The notes: generated from the sequence alone by a model not told the origin. 63,750 bases of DNA, filler included, from Licmophora abbreviata (GCA_900291995.1; 9 parts of 9 records of this genome joined end to end with filler, not necessarily neighbours in it), one strand, 5' to 3'; counted from the whole stretch's first letter, positions 1 through 10,857 are shown. A program made the numbers and translations.

Positions 1-213
1 ACCTCAACCCGTCGACCGAAGCTATGATACCTGGTAGTCTACAGTCGAGCACATCGATAATCTGGTAGCTCTATTCTCTATCTTGAGAGTAGAGACTCAT
101 CCACCATCTTAGCCAGAATTGGTAACATTAAGAGTAATACGAAACCAACCAACGAACGATAGTGTCTAATGCATCACACACTATGTTAACAAACTACTTC
201 TCCTCGCGTGGAG

Positions 214-2519
214 CTATTGCCAAGTCGAGCCAAGCCACCCCTCCCGCAAGAAATGATTTGGAATCTCTGTGTTGCTGCCGACGCGATAATTTCCCACGGT
301 ATACCCAGCAATCCACAGTCTGGCAGCTTCGTCTTTCAATTGCTCTGATGGAAACACAGTCGTGGGATAGATTTCGCATTCACTGACAACATAGCGCACG
401 GCAGCTTTGCGTTCCTCCAAGGACGCTCCGCCCCGAACCAGTGGCGATGCAGCGCTTATACCAACGAGAATATCGGTGCGGAACATGTCCTTGTTGGCTC
501 CAAGCGCTTCTGCAATTTCAACGACTCGATCCCAGTCGAGCCAATCAAAGGGTATTGCTTCGTAGTGACTCCCTTCGGCAAAGGTACCATTGCGGTACAA
601 AAACCCACCGCTTGCTCGATCGCTCTGGTTCTCACTCACATAATTCCACTTGGCCATCCACACACGACCAAAGATGGTGAAGACTCCAAGTTCGATAGGA
701 GGTCTGTCGAATTTTTCAATCTCGATGAATCGCTCTTCCACCACGATCCCGGGCTTGACGTTTTTCAATGCAAAGGACTCAAAATACTTAGGCTTCGCGT
801 GAATGTTCGTTGCCAAAGACTGGGCAATCACACGAGGATCGAGGTCGTTGTTGGTATCGAGCGTCAACAAACTTCCTGCAGAATTGTAGCTGGTAGTATT
901 GGTTTCGGGATCAAAGCCAACAAGCCAGACACCCGTGGTTTCGGAATGATGACTTGGCTTGGCGACAAAGTCCATGTCGCTTGGAAGGAGACGAAAGATC
1001 TGTTCCGTTTCTTCATCAGTTCGACCACTATCCCCTAATTCGTGCGCATATCGAAGCGACATCGGACGCGGCTGGTCGATTCCAACAGTCGACAGCCATC
1101 TCTTGCGTGCAACCTTGTCGACATAAAAGCTGAGACTTGTTCGCTCGAGAGTCTGGCGATAGGCAATGAGCTGTTCCCAACCTTCGTCGCCTCGGATAAG
1201 CTGACTGATGTCAAAGTCTTCAAAGAGCAAGAATGGCTTGGTGGTCATTGGTGAACCTTCCTTCGACTTTTCCAACTGGTATCGACCAAGGTTGACCCCG
1301 CCACTGGGAACTCGAGAATAGTAAACGGAGTAATTTTGCGATCGAGAGGCGTAATGCTAGCCAAGTCCATGCCATCAAACAAGGCCGCGAAGTAGGTTTG
1401 AATGACGTTTCGTTCCCTCACGGGGACGAGCTCAAGATACGTCGCATTGAGATCCAGTGATTCTGCGAGATGGTCCAACCGATTGAGCTCGATCTTCAAC
1501 AAGTCTATGATCTCACTCGACGGTGGATGACCATGTAGCCAGCGTACTTCTTCGGAGCTATTGGACAAGGATTTGTTGGATGCGTCGACAGTAAACTCCA
1601 GTGCCACCGTTTCTCCTTCGCCGCGCCATTGAAACGAGAAGTGCCTTGGTAACCGTTCGACGACTCCTTGGCTCCGCAACGCGTCGTCCATGCTCCTTGG
1701 TATACCAAATCCGTACGAAACATAAATCTCATCTCCTTCTTGAATATCTTTCGATGCAATAATCTCGACACTTTGATTATACTTTGGTCTCGTAACTTTG
1801 GTATTCTGCCATGCTCCGTTGCGGTTGTTGTACAGGCCGTAGAATGGCAGAATTGCGGTCTGGAAGTGCTCCGAGGGAGTCATAATGTTGGGAGACGGAT
1901 CTCCCACCGCCAGGAAGAGTGCTTCCAGTCCCAATAGATCGTGTTCGACGTCGCCCCCACACTCCTCCTTCCACCACTGCAGAGGTCGACGAACGTCGGA
2001 GGGAGGAATGTTCTTGCCCAGTATCGCCGCCATCAATTCTTGTCCCGCCCTACTCCATGCCATGAGAGGCTTTCTACCATACGTTCGGAGCACCCGTACA
2101 TAGGGGGCATAGTGAGCGCTTCCTGTCGACATGTCGTCGAGCCATCGCAACTCTTGCTTCAACAATTCGATCGTGAAACATGGACTCTCCTGCTTGTTGT
2201 GTGGATCAGTATCGTCGGGGGGTGGTAGCATGACCAGCTCCCAAGGGATGGACGTCAGGACCGTCCCAGCGTCAATGGGCGCAGTCGCGTAGATACCGAC
2301 TCCCTTGTCGACATCCTTAGGATCCACACGACGAATCTTCTGTCGCCCATCGAATCGGCCGCCGTGGGTGTGAATCCAGGAGATTAGATTCTCAAACAGC
2401 GCGTCGTCGTCGAGAGGCTGATCGTCGTCGTCTTTTGCGAATGTTCCCTCGGCTACAACACGCCACACCAGCAACACCCAAGAGATCCATAACACCGATA
2501 TATGCCTTGAGAATACCAT
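214..2519 (-). CDS. Secreted SET-domain methyltransferase / TupA-like ATP-grasp fusion, copy 1 (split by a 1-nt frameshift at ~1296-1299)
   Basis: ORF 1245..2519 has a signal peptide and SET motifs (GIYATAPIDAGTVL, YNNRNG, DIQEGDEIYVSYG). ORF 214..1275 has ATP-grasp motifs (YVDKVARK, FVAKPSH, GIVVEERF, MFRTD, SECEIYP). Adding one G to the GGGG run restores VAGVNLGRYQLEK, colinear with the intact paralog at 8059..10380. Confidence 0.8.
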
Positions 2520-2597
2520 GGTCGAGCTTGAAGATTCATCACAGAGAAGATGACACGAGTGTTCTCATCTTGTTTTTTGTTTTGGGATGTTTTTCGG

Positions 2598-2683
2598 TTT
2601 CCCGCCAAATCGCATCGTGACTCAAAAATCCCGTGACTGAAGATCGGATGTGCATCGTGATTGATTCAAAAAGCCCGTGACTA
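2598..2683. promoter_or_regulatory. Divergent promoter with an E2F-like TTTCCCGCCAAA site and an imperfect ~30-bp direct repeat carrying four CGTGA cores
   Basis: TTTCCCGCCAAA at 2598-2609. GCATCGTGACTCAAAAATCCCGTGACT starts at 2612 and GCATCGTGATTGATTCAAAAAGCCCGTGACT at 2652. Lies between the head-to-head SET/ATP-grasp and sulfotransferase genes. Confidence 0.4.
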
Positions 2684-3132
2684 TCGAGCCCGGACTTTTT
2701 TGAAGCTTGTAGGATGTTTACAGATCATATTTCTCTACGATAGCATACTTGGGCCTAACAGTGGTGGTACCGTGCTGTAGACATAATGCGTCTTCGTTAT
2801 AATCGTAACCAGCGACGTCTGTGTCAATATGATACATGGCATGATACACAGGTCATATGCCAATGCAGAGACAAGACATGGTCCGCACCGGACGGCCACT
2901 CGCTATTTTGCGGTGCGCGATGTGAGTGCGCGACATTGACACACAACACTTACTTAATGCAAGAAACTCATAGGGCACCGCCGTCGGCATTGCATTGTGC
3001 ATGCAGTGGATCCTTGCCGCGTTTCTTGATGCCTTGACTTTGAAAAACAACGAGTTCGCAAAAGAGACTTGAGAAGTCCATTTCGCGCACTGCTCGTTGA
3101 GAGGAGTTCCAGCTTAGTCTCGCCACACTACG

Positions 3133-4134
3133 ATGCGACGCATCCCTCCGTTTGCGGCCCTGCTTGTGGGCCTTTTGATCCTCGCTGTCCTCTTGCAGGT
3201 CTGGATCCACATTGCTCTGGTGCAAGAAGAGCAAACTATATCCATAGAAAATCCCGTTGGGATCAAGGAGGACAAACAGCGCAGGATTCCGAACGTGATT
3301 CTCGCCGGCCCGCCCAAGTCTGGATCGACTTCCCTGGCCTACTATCTCGTCAGGGAGGGCTATGCGTGTCTGTCGGACAAGTTTCCCGGCGAACCACACT
3401 GGTACGATAAGGAAGTGCACTACTTTGACGTCACTGCTCGATACGCAAAGGGTCTTGACTTTTATCGCAATCGATTTGTGCACTGTGGTGAACACCCCAT
3501 CATTATGGACGGCACGCCCACCTACATTATGGAGCCCGCGCGGATTCGGGAGACCTATGACCTGCAAGGAACTGCCGAGGATCTCAAGATACTATTCGTT
3601 TTGAGAGAACCCGTCAGTCGAGAATTATCGTGGTACAACAACATGGTCAGGGCCTTTCCATGCTTCTATTGCTCGGCAGTGCGCAGATGGTCTTGGTTCA
3701 ACGATCGTATTTCCTTTGGCGGTCTGATATCCTTTGACGAGTACGTGGAACGAGCCGTCCATCGCAAGGGCTTAAAGGGAACGTATGGCAAGGCCCTCGA
3801 AAAGTGGTTGCGTTTCTTTCGACGCGATCAAATACTGATACTCTCGTACGACGAGCTGCAGAACAGCGAAGTTGACTTTTTGACGCGGGTTCATGAATTT
3901 CTAGGAATTCCGATCAAGGCGGACATGGGACTCGATCACAATAATGCTGCAGGGAAGACAGCCACTCGATTGCCGTCTTGCTTCTCACAGGCTAAACTGG
4001 CTGAGATATTTGATCCTTCCAATGAACGATTGTTCGCATTGCTGGACGAACACCCCGGACCACCCATGGAGCAGCGCCCGTTTCCTAGATTTACGACCAT
4101 GAATTGCTCAACCGACAAACAGAGAATAAGGTAA
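3133..4134 (+). CDS. Type II membrane (Golgi-type) PAPS-dependent sulfotransferase, heparan-sulfate sulfotransferase-like
   Basis: N-terminal TM anchor, 5'-PSB loop GPPKSGSTSL, KEVHYFD, 3'-PB motif LREPVSRELSWYN, and FRRDQILILSYDEL. Intronless, 333 aa. Confidence 0.88.
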   Translation: MRRIPPFAALLVGLLILAVLLQVWIHIALVQEEQTISIENPVGIKEDKQRRIPNVILAGPPKSGSTSLAYYLVREGYACLSDKFPGEPHWYDKEVHYFDVTARYAKGLDFYRNRFVHCGEHPIIMDGTPTYIMEPARIRETYDLQGTAEDLKILFVLREPVSRELSWYNNMVRAFPCFYCSAVRRWSWFNDRISFGGLISFDEYVERAVHRKGLKGTYGKALEKWLRFFRRDQILILSYDELQNSEVDFLTRVHEFLGIPIKADMGLDHNNAAGKTATRLPSCFSQAKLAEIFDPSNERLFALLDEHPGPPMEQRPFPRFTTMNCSTDKQRIR

Positions 4135-4431
4135 TGCCTGTCGACGACGACCCCACCAAATTAGAAAAAAGCTTTGGTTCCCATCTGCAGTGCGGGGAAG
4201 GGCTAAGAGCTGATCGTCGTCTTAACCTTGGTCGAGAAGCTATGGCTTGTCGTTGTCGTATCCACAGGTATGACGAGTCTTCGCTCCAGCGTATGGTCGA
4301 TTCCACTAGAGTGAGTATAGACATCCAATTACACACAGAACCCATCCTCACTAGCTGTTACAAATAACATTTCGATCTTCTTTCCAAAACCTTGAGACCT
4401 GCAAATCAAGCAGAGCAACCTGCAAGGCCCT

Positions 4432-5970
4432 CTAGTTGTTCATATGCAATATGGTCAGAACAAAGACAGTGAGGAAACCCATGAAAGCCTGAAAGTGCAT
4501 GAACAGAAAGAACATCTTTCCCGTTTTTAATGCGTAAATGATTGCAGCAAAAAAGTAGAGCGTCAACATCCCATCCACGATCGTCGACAGTTCCACTTTC
4601 GTGGCCAAGTACTTTCGCCCCGCAAACTTCTTCGCGGGATCCTTGATGTTGAACTTTGGCGTGCGTACAAAGGGTGAACGCTTGCCCATCCAGGCTTGTG
4701 TAACAGCAATCGAACAGTGCAGTGATATCCCGACGGAAAAGGTTTGGTACACCGGGTACATGGCACCATACGCGAGTAGTTTCTTCCAGTAGCCGCCCTC
4801 CCTTCGGGCGGGCGCAGCCACGTTGCCAAAGTAGTGGATCAGAAGAAAAAGCAGCGAGTTGACAAGCGGCAGACATCCCAAAAGCTCTCCGTCGATCCAG
4901 TCGCCGTCGTGTAGGAGCAGCACGGGTACGCTGAGTGTCAGCATCAGTAGCAAGGCGACGTAAGAAGAGCTTGCGAGAAGATGCAGCGATGCATGCACCT
5001 TTTGGCCCAGACTCAATTTCGATTTCCAGATTGTAGGCAAAAGCTTGCGAGCCACTTCGGCTTGTCCCTTTGTCCAGCGAAACTGCTGTGACTTGAGGCT
5101 GTTCATATCGGAGGGCATCTCGCCAGGTGTACCGATCTCGTTGAGGTACCTGATTTTCCAGCCCGCCATTTGAGCGCGAAAGCTGAGGTCGACGTCCTCC
5201 GTGATAGTATCAGCTTGCCATCCACCGGCGTCCAAGATGGCTTCCTTGCGCCAAATTCCGGCCGTACCGTTGAACTGACAAAGGTAGCCACCCTTGTAGC
5301 GACCCTCCTGCTCCACACGAAAGTGAGTGTTAATGGGAACGGTCTGCACGCGAGTAAGCAAGGAATAGTCTTCGTTGAGCGTTTCCCAGCGCGTCTGCAC
5401 GCAGCAGATTTCAGGATCCCTGAAGCAGAGCATGGTCCTGCGCAAGAAGTCTTCTCGGGGCAAGAAGTCTGCATCAAAGATGGCGATAAACTTGCCCTTG
5501 GCGAGGTGCATACAATCCTGTAGAGCTCCAGCTTTGAAACCTTGTCGGACTGGACGACGTATTTGCCTAATGTTGAATCCCTTGGCCGCATACTCTGAAA
5601 CCTTTCGTCGGACGATCTTAACAGTCTCATCAGTACTGTCGTCGAGCACCTGCACCTCGAACTTGCGCTTGGGCCAACGCTGCTTCACGATGTTGTCGAT
5701 AAGGTCCTCGACGACGTAAACTTCGTTGTAGATGGGCAACTGGATGGTGACGAAGGGGTATGCGGAGCTGTTCTTGCCAGGATTGTCGTCTTGTTTCGAT
5801 GGATCGCTCTTGGGGTCGGTACAGAAGTATAAATGCACTTGTACAAATCCGTAAACTGCCACAACGCCAATGGCAAACATGAAAACCCCAACAGATAGAT
5901 ATTTTAAGCACGTCGATAGAGCCCCCGTCAGGTCAGCCCCCAGCTGGAGGACAGAACCTTGGAATTCCAT
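4432..5970 (-). CDS. Processive GT2 beta-glycan synthase (CslA/CslC-like or bacterial cellulose-synthase-family-like), copy A
   Basis: QLPIYNE, DDSTD, FKAGAL, DADF, TED and QQFRW form the D,D,D,QxxRW signature, followed by C-terminal TM helices and RTPKF. First ATG at 5970. Intronless. Confidence 0.92.
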   Translation of the reverse strand: MEFQGSVLQLGADLTGALSTCLKYLSVGVFMFAIGVVAVYGFVQVHLYFCTDPKSDPSKQDDNPGKNSSAYPFVTIQLPIYNEVYVVEDLIDNIVKQRWPKRKFEVQVLDDSTDETVKIVRRKVSEYAAKGFNIRQIRRPVRQGFKAGALQDCMHLAKGKFIAIFDADFLPREDFLRRTMLCFRDPEICCVQTRWETLNEDYSLLTRVQTVPINTHFRVEQEGRYKGGYLCQFNGTAGIWRKEAILDAGGWQADTITEDVDLSFRAQMAGWKIRYLNEIGTPGEMPSDMNSLKSQQFRWTKGQAEVARKLLPTIWKSKLSLGQKVHASLHLLASSSYVALLLMLTLSVPVLLLHDGDWIDGELLGCLPLVNSLLFLLIHYFGNVAAPARREGGYWKKLLAYGAMYPVYQTFSVGISLHCSIAVTQAWMGKRSPFVRTPKFNIKDPAKKFAGRKYLATKVELSTIVDGMLTLYFFAAIIYALKTGKMFFLFMHFQAFMGFLTVFVLTILHMNN

Positions 5971-6399
5971 GCTCTTGGTGTCCTTCCTCGTCAATCAGTC
6001 TCTGTCTTTGTGTGTTTGGCGAAGCTCTGCACCAATACAAGCTCGTTTGAGTGTGACAATGCAGTGCAATGCAATCGAAATGTGTGAGGCGGGGACACAT
6101 AAAACATACGTCGTGCCAGTCGTATGAAACGGTACGGGGTAATGATTTGGCGCGCCTGAAAGTTTTTCATCTCCAAGCATGCCAGCTCAACGGAATATTT
6201 TAGTATACGTAGCTGCATACAATCATTTAATATGTGTTGGACAGATAGTGGGTCAACGCCAACCAAATTGTATTCAAATCCGAATACCATATTAATTTTA
6301 ACAAACCTCATATGCTTTTATTTGCCGTATCTAACGCACGTGGCAGTCCCGGTACAAAATATTTTATCGCCGACGTCGCTGGCGAGCCGTGGAGGTGCG

Positions 6400-6499
6400 N
6401 NNNNNNNNNNNNNNNNNNNNNNNNNNNNNNNNNNNNNNNNNNNTTAATTAATTAANNNNNNNNNNNNNNNNNNNNNNNNNNNNNNNNNNNNNNNNNNNN
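6400..6499. other. Assembly gap spacer (N-TTAATTAATTAA-N)
   Basis: 100-nt spacer with stops in all six frames. The same spacer occurs at 10922-11021, 15197-15296, 28079-28178, 39110-39209, 43729-43828, 58885-58984 and 61792-61891. Confidence 0.97.
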
Positions 6500-6518
6500 A
6501 CACACACACACACACACA
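6500..6518 (+). repeat. (AC)n microsatellite at contig edge
   Basis: acacacacacacacacaca directly after the gap; it probably caused the contig break. Confidence 0.85.
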
Positions 6519-6574
6519 GTACCGGCGCTAGTAAAACCAGTGCCAATATAAGCAGGTCTTTTTTGAGAAACAAG

Positions 6575-7888
6575 ATGAGATCGTTATTGTTGCTGTCGTT
6601 GTTGTGGAGTAGACTGCTGCTTCGTTCGCTTGCTCTCTTTGCACTCCTCGCTGCCCAGACTCACGGCGAACTTCGAATCTACGGAGACCTGCCGGACAAG
6701 CCGTTGCTTTGGGATGCCCTCATGACGATGGACCCCAAGGCGGACACGCCCTTTGTCGACTTTCACTTGAACTGGACGACGTCCCTCGCGCAAGTAGTGT
6801 CGGAACGAACGTCCGTCTGCTCCGAGTGGCGACTGCCAGCGACGCTCTGTCGCTACCTTGGGTACACACAACATTGGAGCGGAGGCCAAGATACACACCA
6901 GAGAAGCGTCGTGACTTGGGCCTACGGTCGTCAAGACGCTCGGACTGTCCTGCGTCCACTCTTGAAACATCTCTTTGGCATATACCTGGACGACACTACC
7001 ATCGACTCTATCTTTTCAGATGCTCCGCTTCCGGCTCCCTCCTTTGAGGACGGAATCATCGATGACTTGGACTTCACCATTCATCCGGACACGAAGCGTC
7101 AGGTCTATCAAGCGGCGACTCGTCTGGAGCAAATTTCCAAGCAAAGCATTGTACTCTCCATTGGACAGTCGCCATCCTATCTCACTGAAATGTTCCGGGC
7201 CATCATTGATACCGACCCAGCGGCATCCGAATCCGAGCTCATTTCGTTTCCATGTTCCAGTCGCCCGGATAGAGTGCGATACAGCTACAACAATACGGCT
7301 GCCAAGTTTGGTTACGACAATATCATTTCACCAGATCGAGAGCTCTTCTTTCGCAATGTCCTTAAAGAGCGAGGCTTCTATCCAGAACGCTTTCGTGGCG
7401 AGGAACAGAGTCGACGACGTGTCGTCATTGTGGATCATTCCACTGGCCCTTCCATTGCTGCCTTTTTGTTGTTTGTCGCTCGCTGGTTTCAAAACGAACA
7501 TGTACCACTGCCGGACTTTTATTTTGCCCACATGCGACGATCGCAAGGCGACATCCATTACAAACCTTACCGATCCGAACCTACACCCGACAAGGGCATG
7601 GACTTGAGGATTAGCGACGATCTGTACTTTGATATTGACGTGGAGTTTCTTGGAATGGAGAACCCCATTGTGCGCCATTTCGACAAGATACAGGGAGACT
7701 TGAGAGTCGAGCCGCCGTATCATGCGAGTCAGTGGACAGAGCGCTATATGCCAGTCGTCAATGCCTATCCATCTCCCAAGGCGAAGAGAGTGCTGCGTGA
7801 GTACTACACATATGCAGCAGAGCGCCGGAGTGAACTCTGTGATACGTCTGGTGACGTTTGTCGTGAATCTGGAGCAGATGAAGCATGA
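6575..7888 (+). CDS. Uncharacterised secreted/ER protein, family U copy 1
   Basis: Long intronless ORF with a hydrophobic signal peptide. Clear paralog of 22665..23939, sharing LRIxGxLPxKP, DARxVLRPLLK, SIGQ(S/T)PxYLTEM, RPD, RGFYPxRFR, GPSIA and ISDDLxxDIDxEFL. Confidence 0.8.
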   Translation: MRSLLLLSLLWSRLLLRSLALFALLAAQTHGELRIYGDLPDKPLLWDALMTMDPKADTPFVDFHLNWTTSLAQVVSERTSVCSEWRLPATLCRYLGYTQHWSGGQDTHQRSVVTWAYGRQDARTVLRPLLKHLFGIYLDDTTIDSIFSDAPLPAPSFEDGIIDDLDFTIHPDTKRQVYQAATRLEQISKQSIVLSIGQSPSYLTEMFRAIIDTDPAASESELISFPCSSRPDRVRYSYNNTAAKFGYDNIISPDRELFFRNVLKERGFYPERFRGEEQSRRRVVIVDHSTGPSIAAFLLFVARWFQNEHVPLPDFYFAHMRRSQGDIHYKPYRSEPTPDKGMDLRISDDLYFDIDVEFLGMENPIVRHFDKIQGDLRVEPPYHASQWTERYMPVVNAYPSPKAKRVLREYYTYAAERRSELCDTSGDVCRESGADEA

Positions 7889-8058
7889 CACAACTGCAGG
7901 CCGTGTGTCTTCGTTGATACTAGGTTGTGCATGAATTGACGACTCCCCAGTATGGACTGTACTCGGTCTACAACTTAACTATGAAGAACTCTGCTTTCCC
8001 CCGAGCGTTATTCTTGTTCGTGCCTTCCCATTCCTCAATGCGAATCGTACCCAGCCCA

Positions 8059-10380
8059 TCACTCTTCGGCAAAGTCGACTGACAAGAAGCCCTTCTCTTG
8101 AAATTCCCGAGGGACCTCTGTATTCTTGATCGAGCGAAAGTTGCCCACGCGGTAACCAGCTATCCACAACCGTGCTGCTTCGTCGGATATGCGATCATTG
8201 TCAAACACGGTCGTCGGGTACAACTCGCATTCCGAAACCACGTATTCAACCTCATTGATTCGATCCTCCATAGTTGCCCCCTCTCGCCACGACGGCGAGG
8301 CAGAATTCACCCCTACGAGCACATCCGTTCGAAACATATCCTTGTGGGCTCCCAGCCGCTCGGCAATACTCACGAGATGCGGCCAGTCCACCCAATCAAA
8401 CGGCATTTTGTCGTTCTCGCCACCCAGCGCAAAGGTTCCATTCCGATAGATCCAGCCACCACGACCCACGTGACGGTTCTTGACATACCTCATCTGCCCT
8501 GCGTAGACACGTCCCCATATAGTGAAGATATTAAACTCGATCGGCGGTCGGTCGAACCTATCAAGCTCCACATATCGCTCTTCCACGACTATCCCAGGTT
8601 TCACATTCTTTAGCGCCCAAGACTCATGCCTCTTCGCCTTTGCCTGGAGGTTATTGGCAAGCGCTTGTGCGACCTGGCGATTACTGAAAGAAGCTTGATT
8701 ATTAGCTTCTTTCAGCTGACGTGCGTCGGAGGTAAACATAGTCTTGTTTGATGTCTGGTTGTGGCTGATAAGCCACACGCCCGTCGTTTCGGAATGATGA
8801 CTCGGCTTGGCAACATAGTCCGCCACGTTTGGTAGCAAATCTAGAATGAGCTGCTCTTCATCGTTTAGTTCACCTCTGTCCGTGAGTTCGAACCCATACT
8901 GAAGAGCGTACAAGGGCGGCTGATCGATCCCGATAGTCGGCAGCCAGCGTTTGCGTGCAACCTTGTCCACATAGAAACTTAGTGAAGGTCTCTCTAAGAC
9001 ATTGCGATAGTCGAGAATGTCCTGCCATGCCTCGTTTCCATGAATCAAGTGAGACATATCGAAATCCTCGTACAGTAGGAACGGCGGTTCTGTGTGCCCC
9101 TCTTCTAGCTGTTGTGCATCTGTTGACAGCTTGAATTGAGCCAAATTGATGCCTGCCACCTCGTAGTCAAACAGAGTCCAGTTGTTTGTAGTCCACACCA
9201 GAGTCGCTCTTGTCGCAGCCAAGATGCCTTTGTATAGCGTAGATATATACTGCCATATCAATTCTTTTTCCTGAAAAGGCACACTGACTAGATAGGTGGC
9301 GTCGGGATCGATGACTTCCGCCAAATGTTCCAGACGCTCCCTTTCAAGTTGCAGCAGCTCCATCGCACGCGACGAAGGCGGATGGCCGTCAACCCACGCT
9401 ACTGTATTTGGACCACCACGGTGGCTACTATCGAAATCAAAGTCGACGGAATGAGTTGTATTGGTGGTGGCGTGATCGTTCATGCGAATCGAAAACCGTC
9501 TTGGATACTGTTCCAGGAATCCGAACGATCGAAAGAAAAGTGCTGTTCCGATAGGGTTGCCTAGGCCATAGGAGACATAAATTTCATCTCCAGCCTCCAG
9601 ATCTTCAGGAAACACCCCAATTTTGATGTCTTTCCCCACCTCCGACTCCATGATGCGAGTGTTGTATCGCACTCCGTCGCGGTGGTTGTATGCGGGATAC
9701 AAAGGAAGTAAACCGCTCTGATGCGTCGTTCCCGACGGCGTCAGAAACGCCGGCGATGGGTCCGTGACGGAGATCGTCAACGCTTCAAGCAAGATGGGAT
9801 CAGTCTTGTCATAGTCCCCGCAATGATTTGTCCACCATTCCAGTGGCCGTTGGAAGTCTTGCGGTGGTAAGTTTCCGCCCAGCACAGCCTTCAGCAAGTC
9901 TTGGCCCTCTTGCGACCACCCCAGCAGGGGCTTTCGGCCCAACCCTCGCAGCATACGGAGGTGCGGCGCGTATTTGGAGGAGCAAGTTTCATTCCAACAG
10001 TCCAGCTGCATCAGTTCTCGCTTGGCTGCTCGCACACTCTCGCACGGGTCGTCCTGTTCAGGATCGTCCGGGGAAAGCACGAGATCGTACGGAATGGAAG
10101 CCAGAATTGTGCCTTTTGGAATGTGCTCCGTCGCGAACATGCCGTAGTACTTGAAATAAGAATCGTACTGGATCTCCTGTCGCTTGTCGACTCTACCGCC
10201 ATTCTCTCGGATCCAGGTCATGACATCTCGAACGAGCTGAGGGTATCCATCATCCGTATCCAGCTCGTATCCTTTCTCCGAGTGGAACTCATCGTCCGAG
10301 ACCGTCAGCGCACTCGCTCCCGGAAGAGCGAGAGCTACAGTGAGACAGAGCAGCAGTATCTTGATACAAGCAGCGACCAT
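8059..10380 (-). CDS. Secreted SET-domain methyltransferase / TupA-like ATP-grasp fusion, copy 2 (intact)
   Basis: 773-aa single ORF. Signal peptide (…PGASA/L), SET motifs GMFATEHIPKG, YNHRDG and EAGDEIYVSYG, and a C-terminal ATP-grasp with YVDKVARK, YVAKPSH, GIVVEERY, EFNIFTIWG, MFRTD and SECELYP. Confidence 0.85.
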   Translation of the reverse strand: MVAACIKILLLCLTVALALPGASALTVSDDEFHSEKGYELDTDDGYPQLVRDVMTWIRENGGRVDKRQEIQYDSYFKYYGMFATEHIPKGTILASIPYDLVLSPDDPEQDDPCESVRAAKRELMQLDCWNETCSSKYAPHLRMLRGLGRKPLLGWSQEGQDLLKAVLGGNLPPQDFQRPLEWWTNHCGDYDKTDPILLEALTISVTDPSPAFLTPSGTTHQSGLLPLYPAYNHRDGVRYNTRIMESEVGKDIKIGVFPEDLEAGDEIYVSYGLGNPIGTALFFRSFGFLEQYPRRFSIRMNDHATTNTTHSVDFDFDSSHRGGPNTVAWVDGHPPSSRAMELLQLERERLEHLAEVIDPDATYLVSVPFQEKELIWQYISTLYKGILAATRATLVWTTNNWTLFDYEVAGINLAQFKLSTDAQQLEEGHTEPPFLLYEDFDMSHLIHGNEAWQDILDYRNVLERPSLSFYVDKVARKRWLPTIGIDQPPLYALQYGFELTDRGELNDEEQLILDLLPNVADYVAKPSHHSETTGVWLISHNQTSNKTMFTSDARQLKEANNQASFSNRQVAQALANNLQAKAKRHESWALKNVKPGIVVEERYVELDRFDRPPIEFNIFTIWGRVYAGQMRYVKNRHVGRGGWIYRNGTFALGGENDKMPFDWVDWPHLVSIAERLGAHKDMFRTDVLVGVNSASPSWREGATMEDRINEVEYVVSECELYPTTVFDNDRISDEAARLWIAGYRVGNFRSIKNTEVPREFQEKGFLSVDFAEE

Positions 10381-10857
10381 GACTTGCCTACGACCTACGA
10401 CAAGAGATCCAACAGAACAATCTTTGGGACGGTCGTCGGGTTCTCATCGTTGAGAACCGGGGATTTCAATTTGAAATTCGATATGTCGACTGATTCGTGA
10501 CTGGGAAACCCAAGTGAGATGCTCATGAGTCATACACGAATTGAACAATACACATGGTTCGTGACTTATGCTACCGCTACCCGCCGTTTGAGTCGAATCT
10601 AGGGCACGCAGGTTACGTAAAATCAATCACCTTTTTATGGTATTGATGATATTACACGAAGAATATGTACTGCGTGCACGGAAGACCCTAGTCAGTTTTC
10701 GTAACATCGATTGGGATGTCAAAAGTGTAAGGGAGCGTTATTATTACCGACTTCACTTCTTCTAACCATGCCGCTACAAGTTCATATAAAGTAGTATGGG
10801 TATTTTTATCTCTCACGCTATATACTTGCTGAACCCCGCAATCTTCCACTTACTACT

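Noticed and set aside
2612..2683. Short direct repeats as a CRISPR-like array
   Set aside because: Only two imperfect units, no spacer periodicity, eukaryotic context and no cas genes.
6444..6455. TTAATTAATTAA recurring eight times as a possible repeat or regulatory element
   Set aside because: Always centred in a 100-nt N run, so it is an artificial scaffolding linker. ORF ends reading 'XXXLIN' are artefacts.
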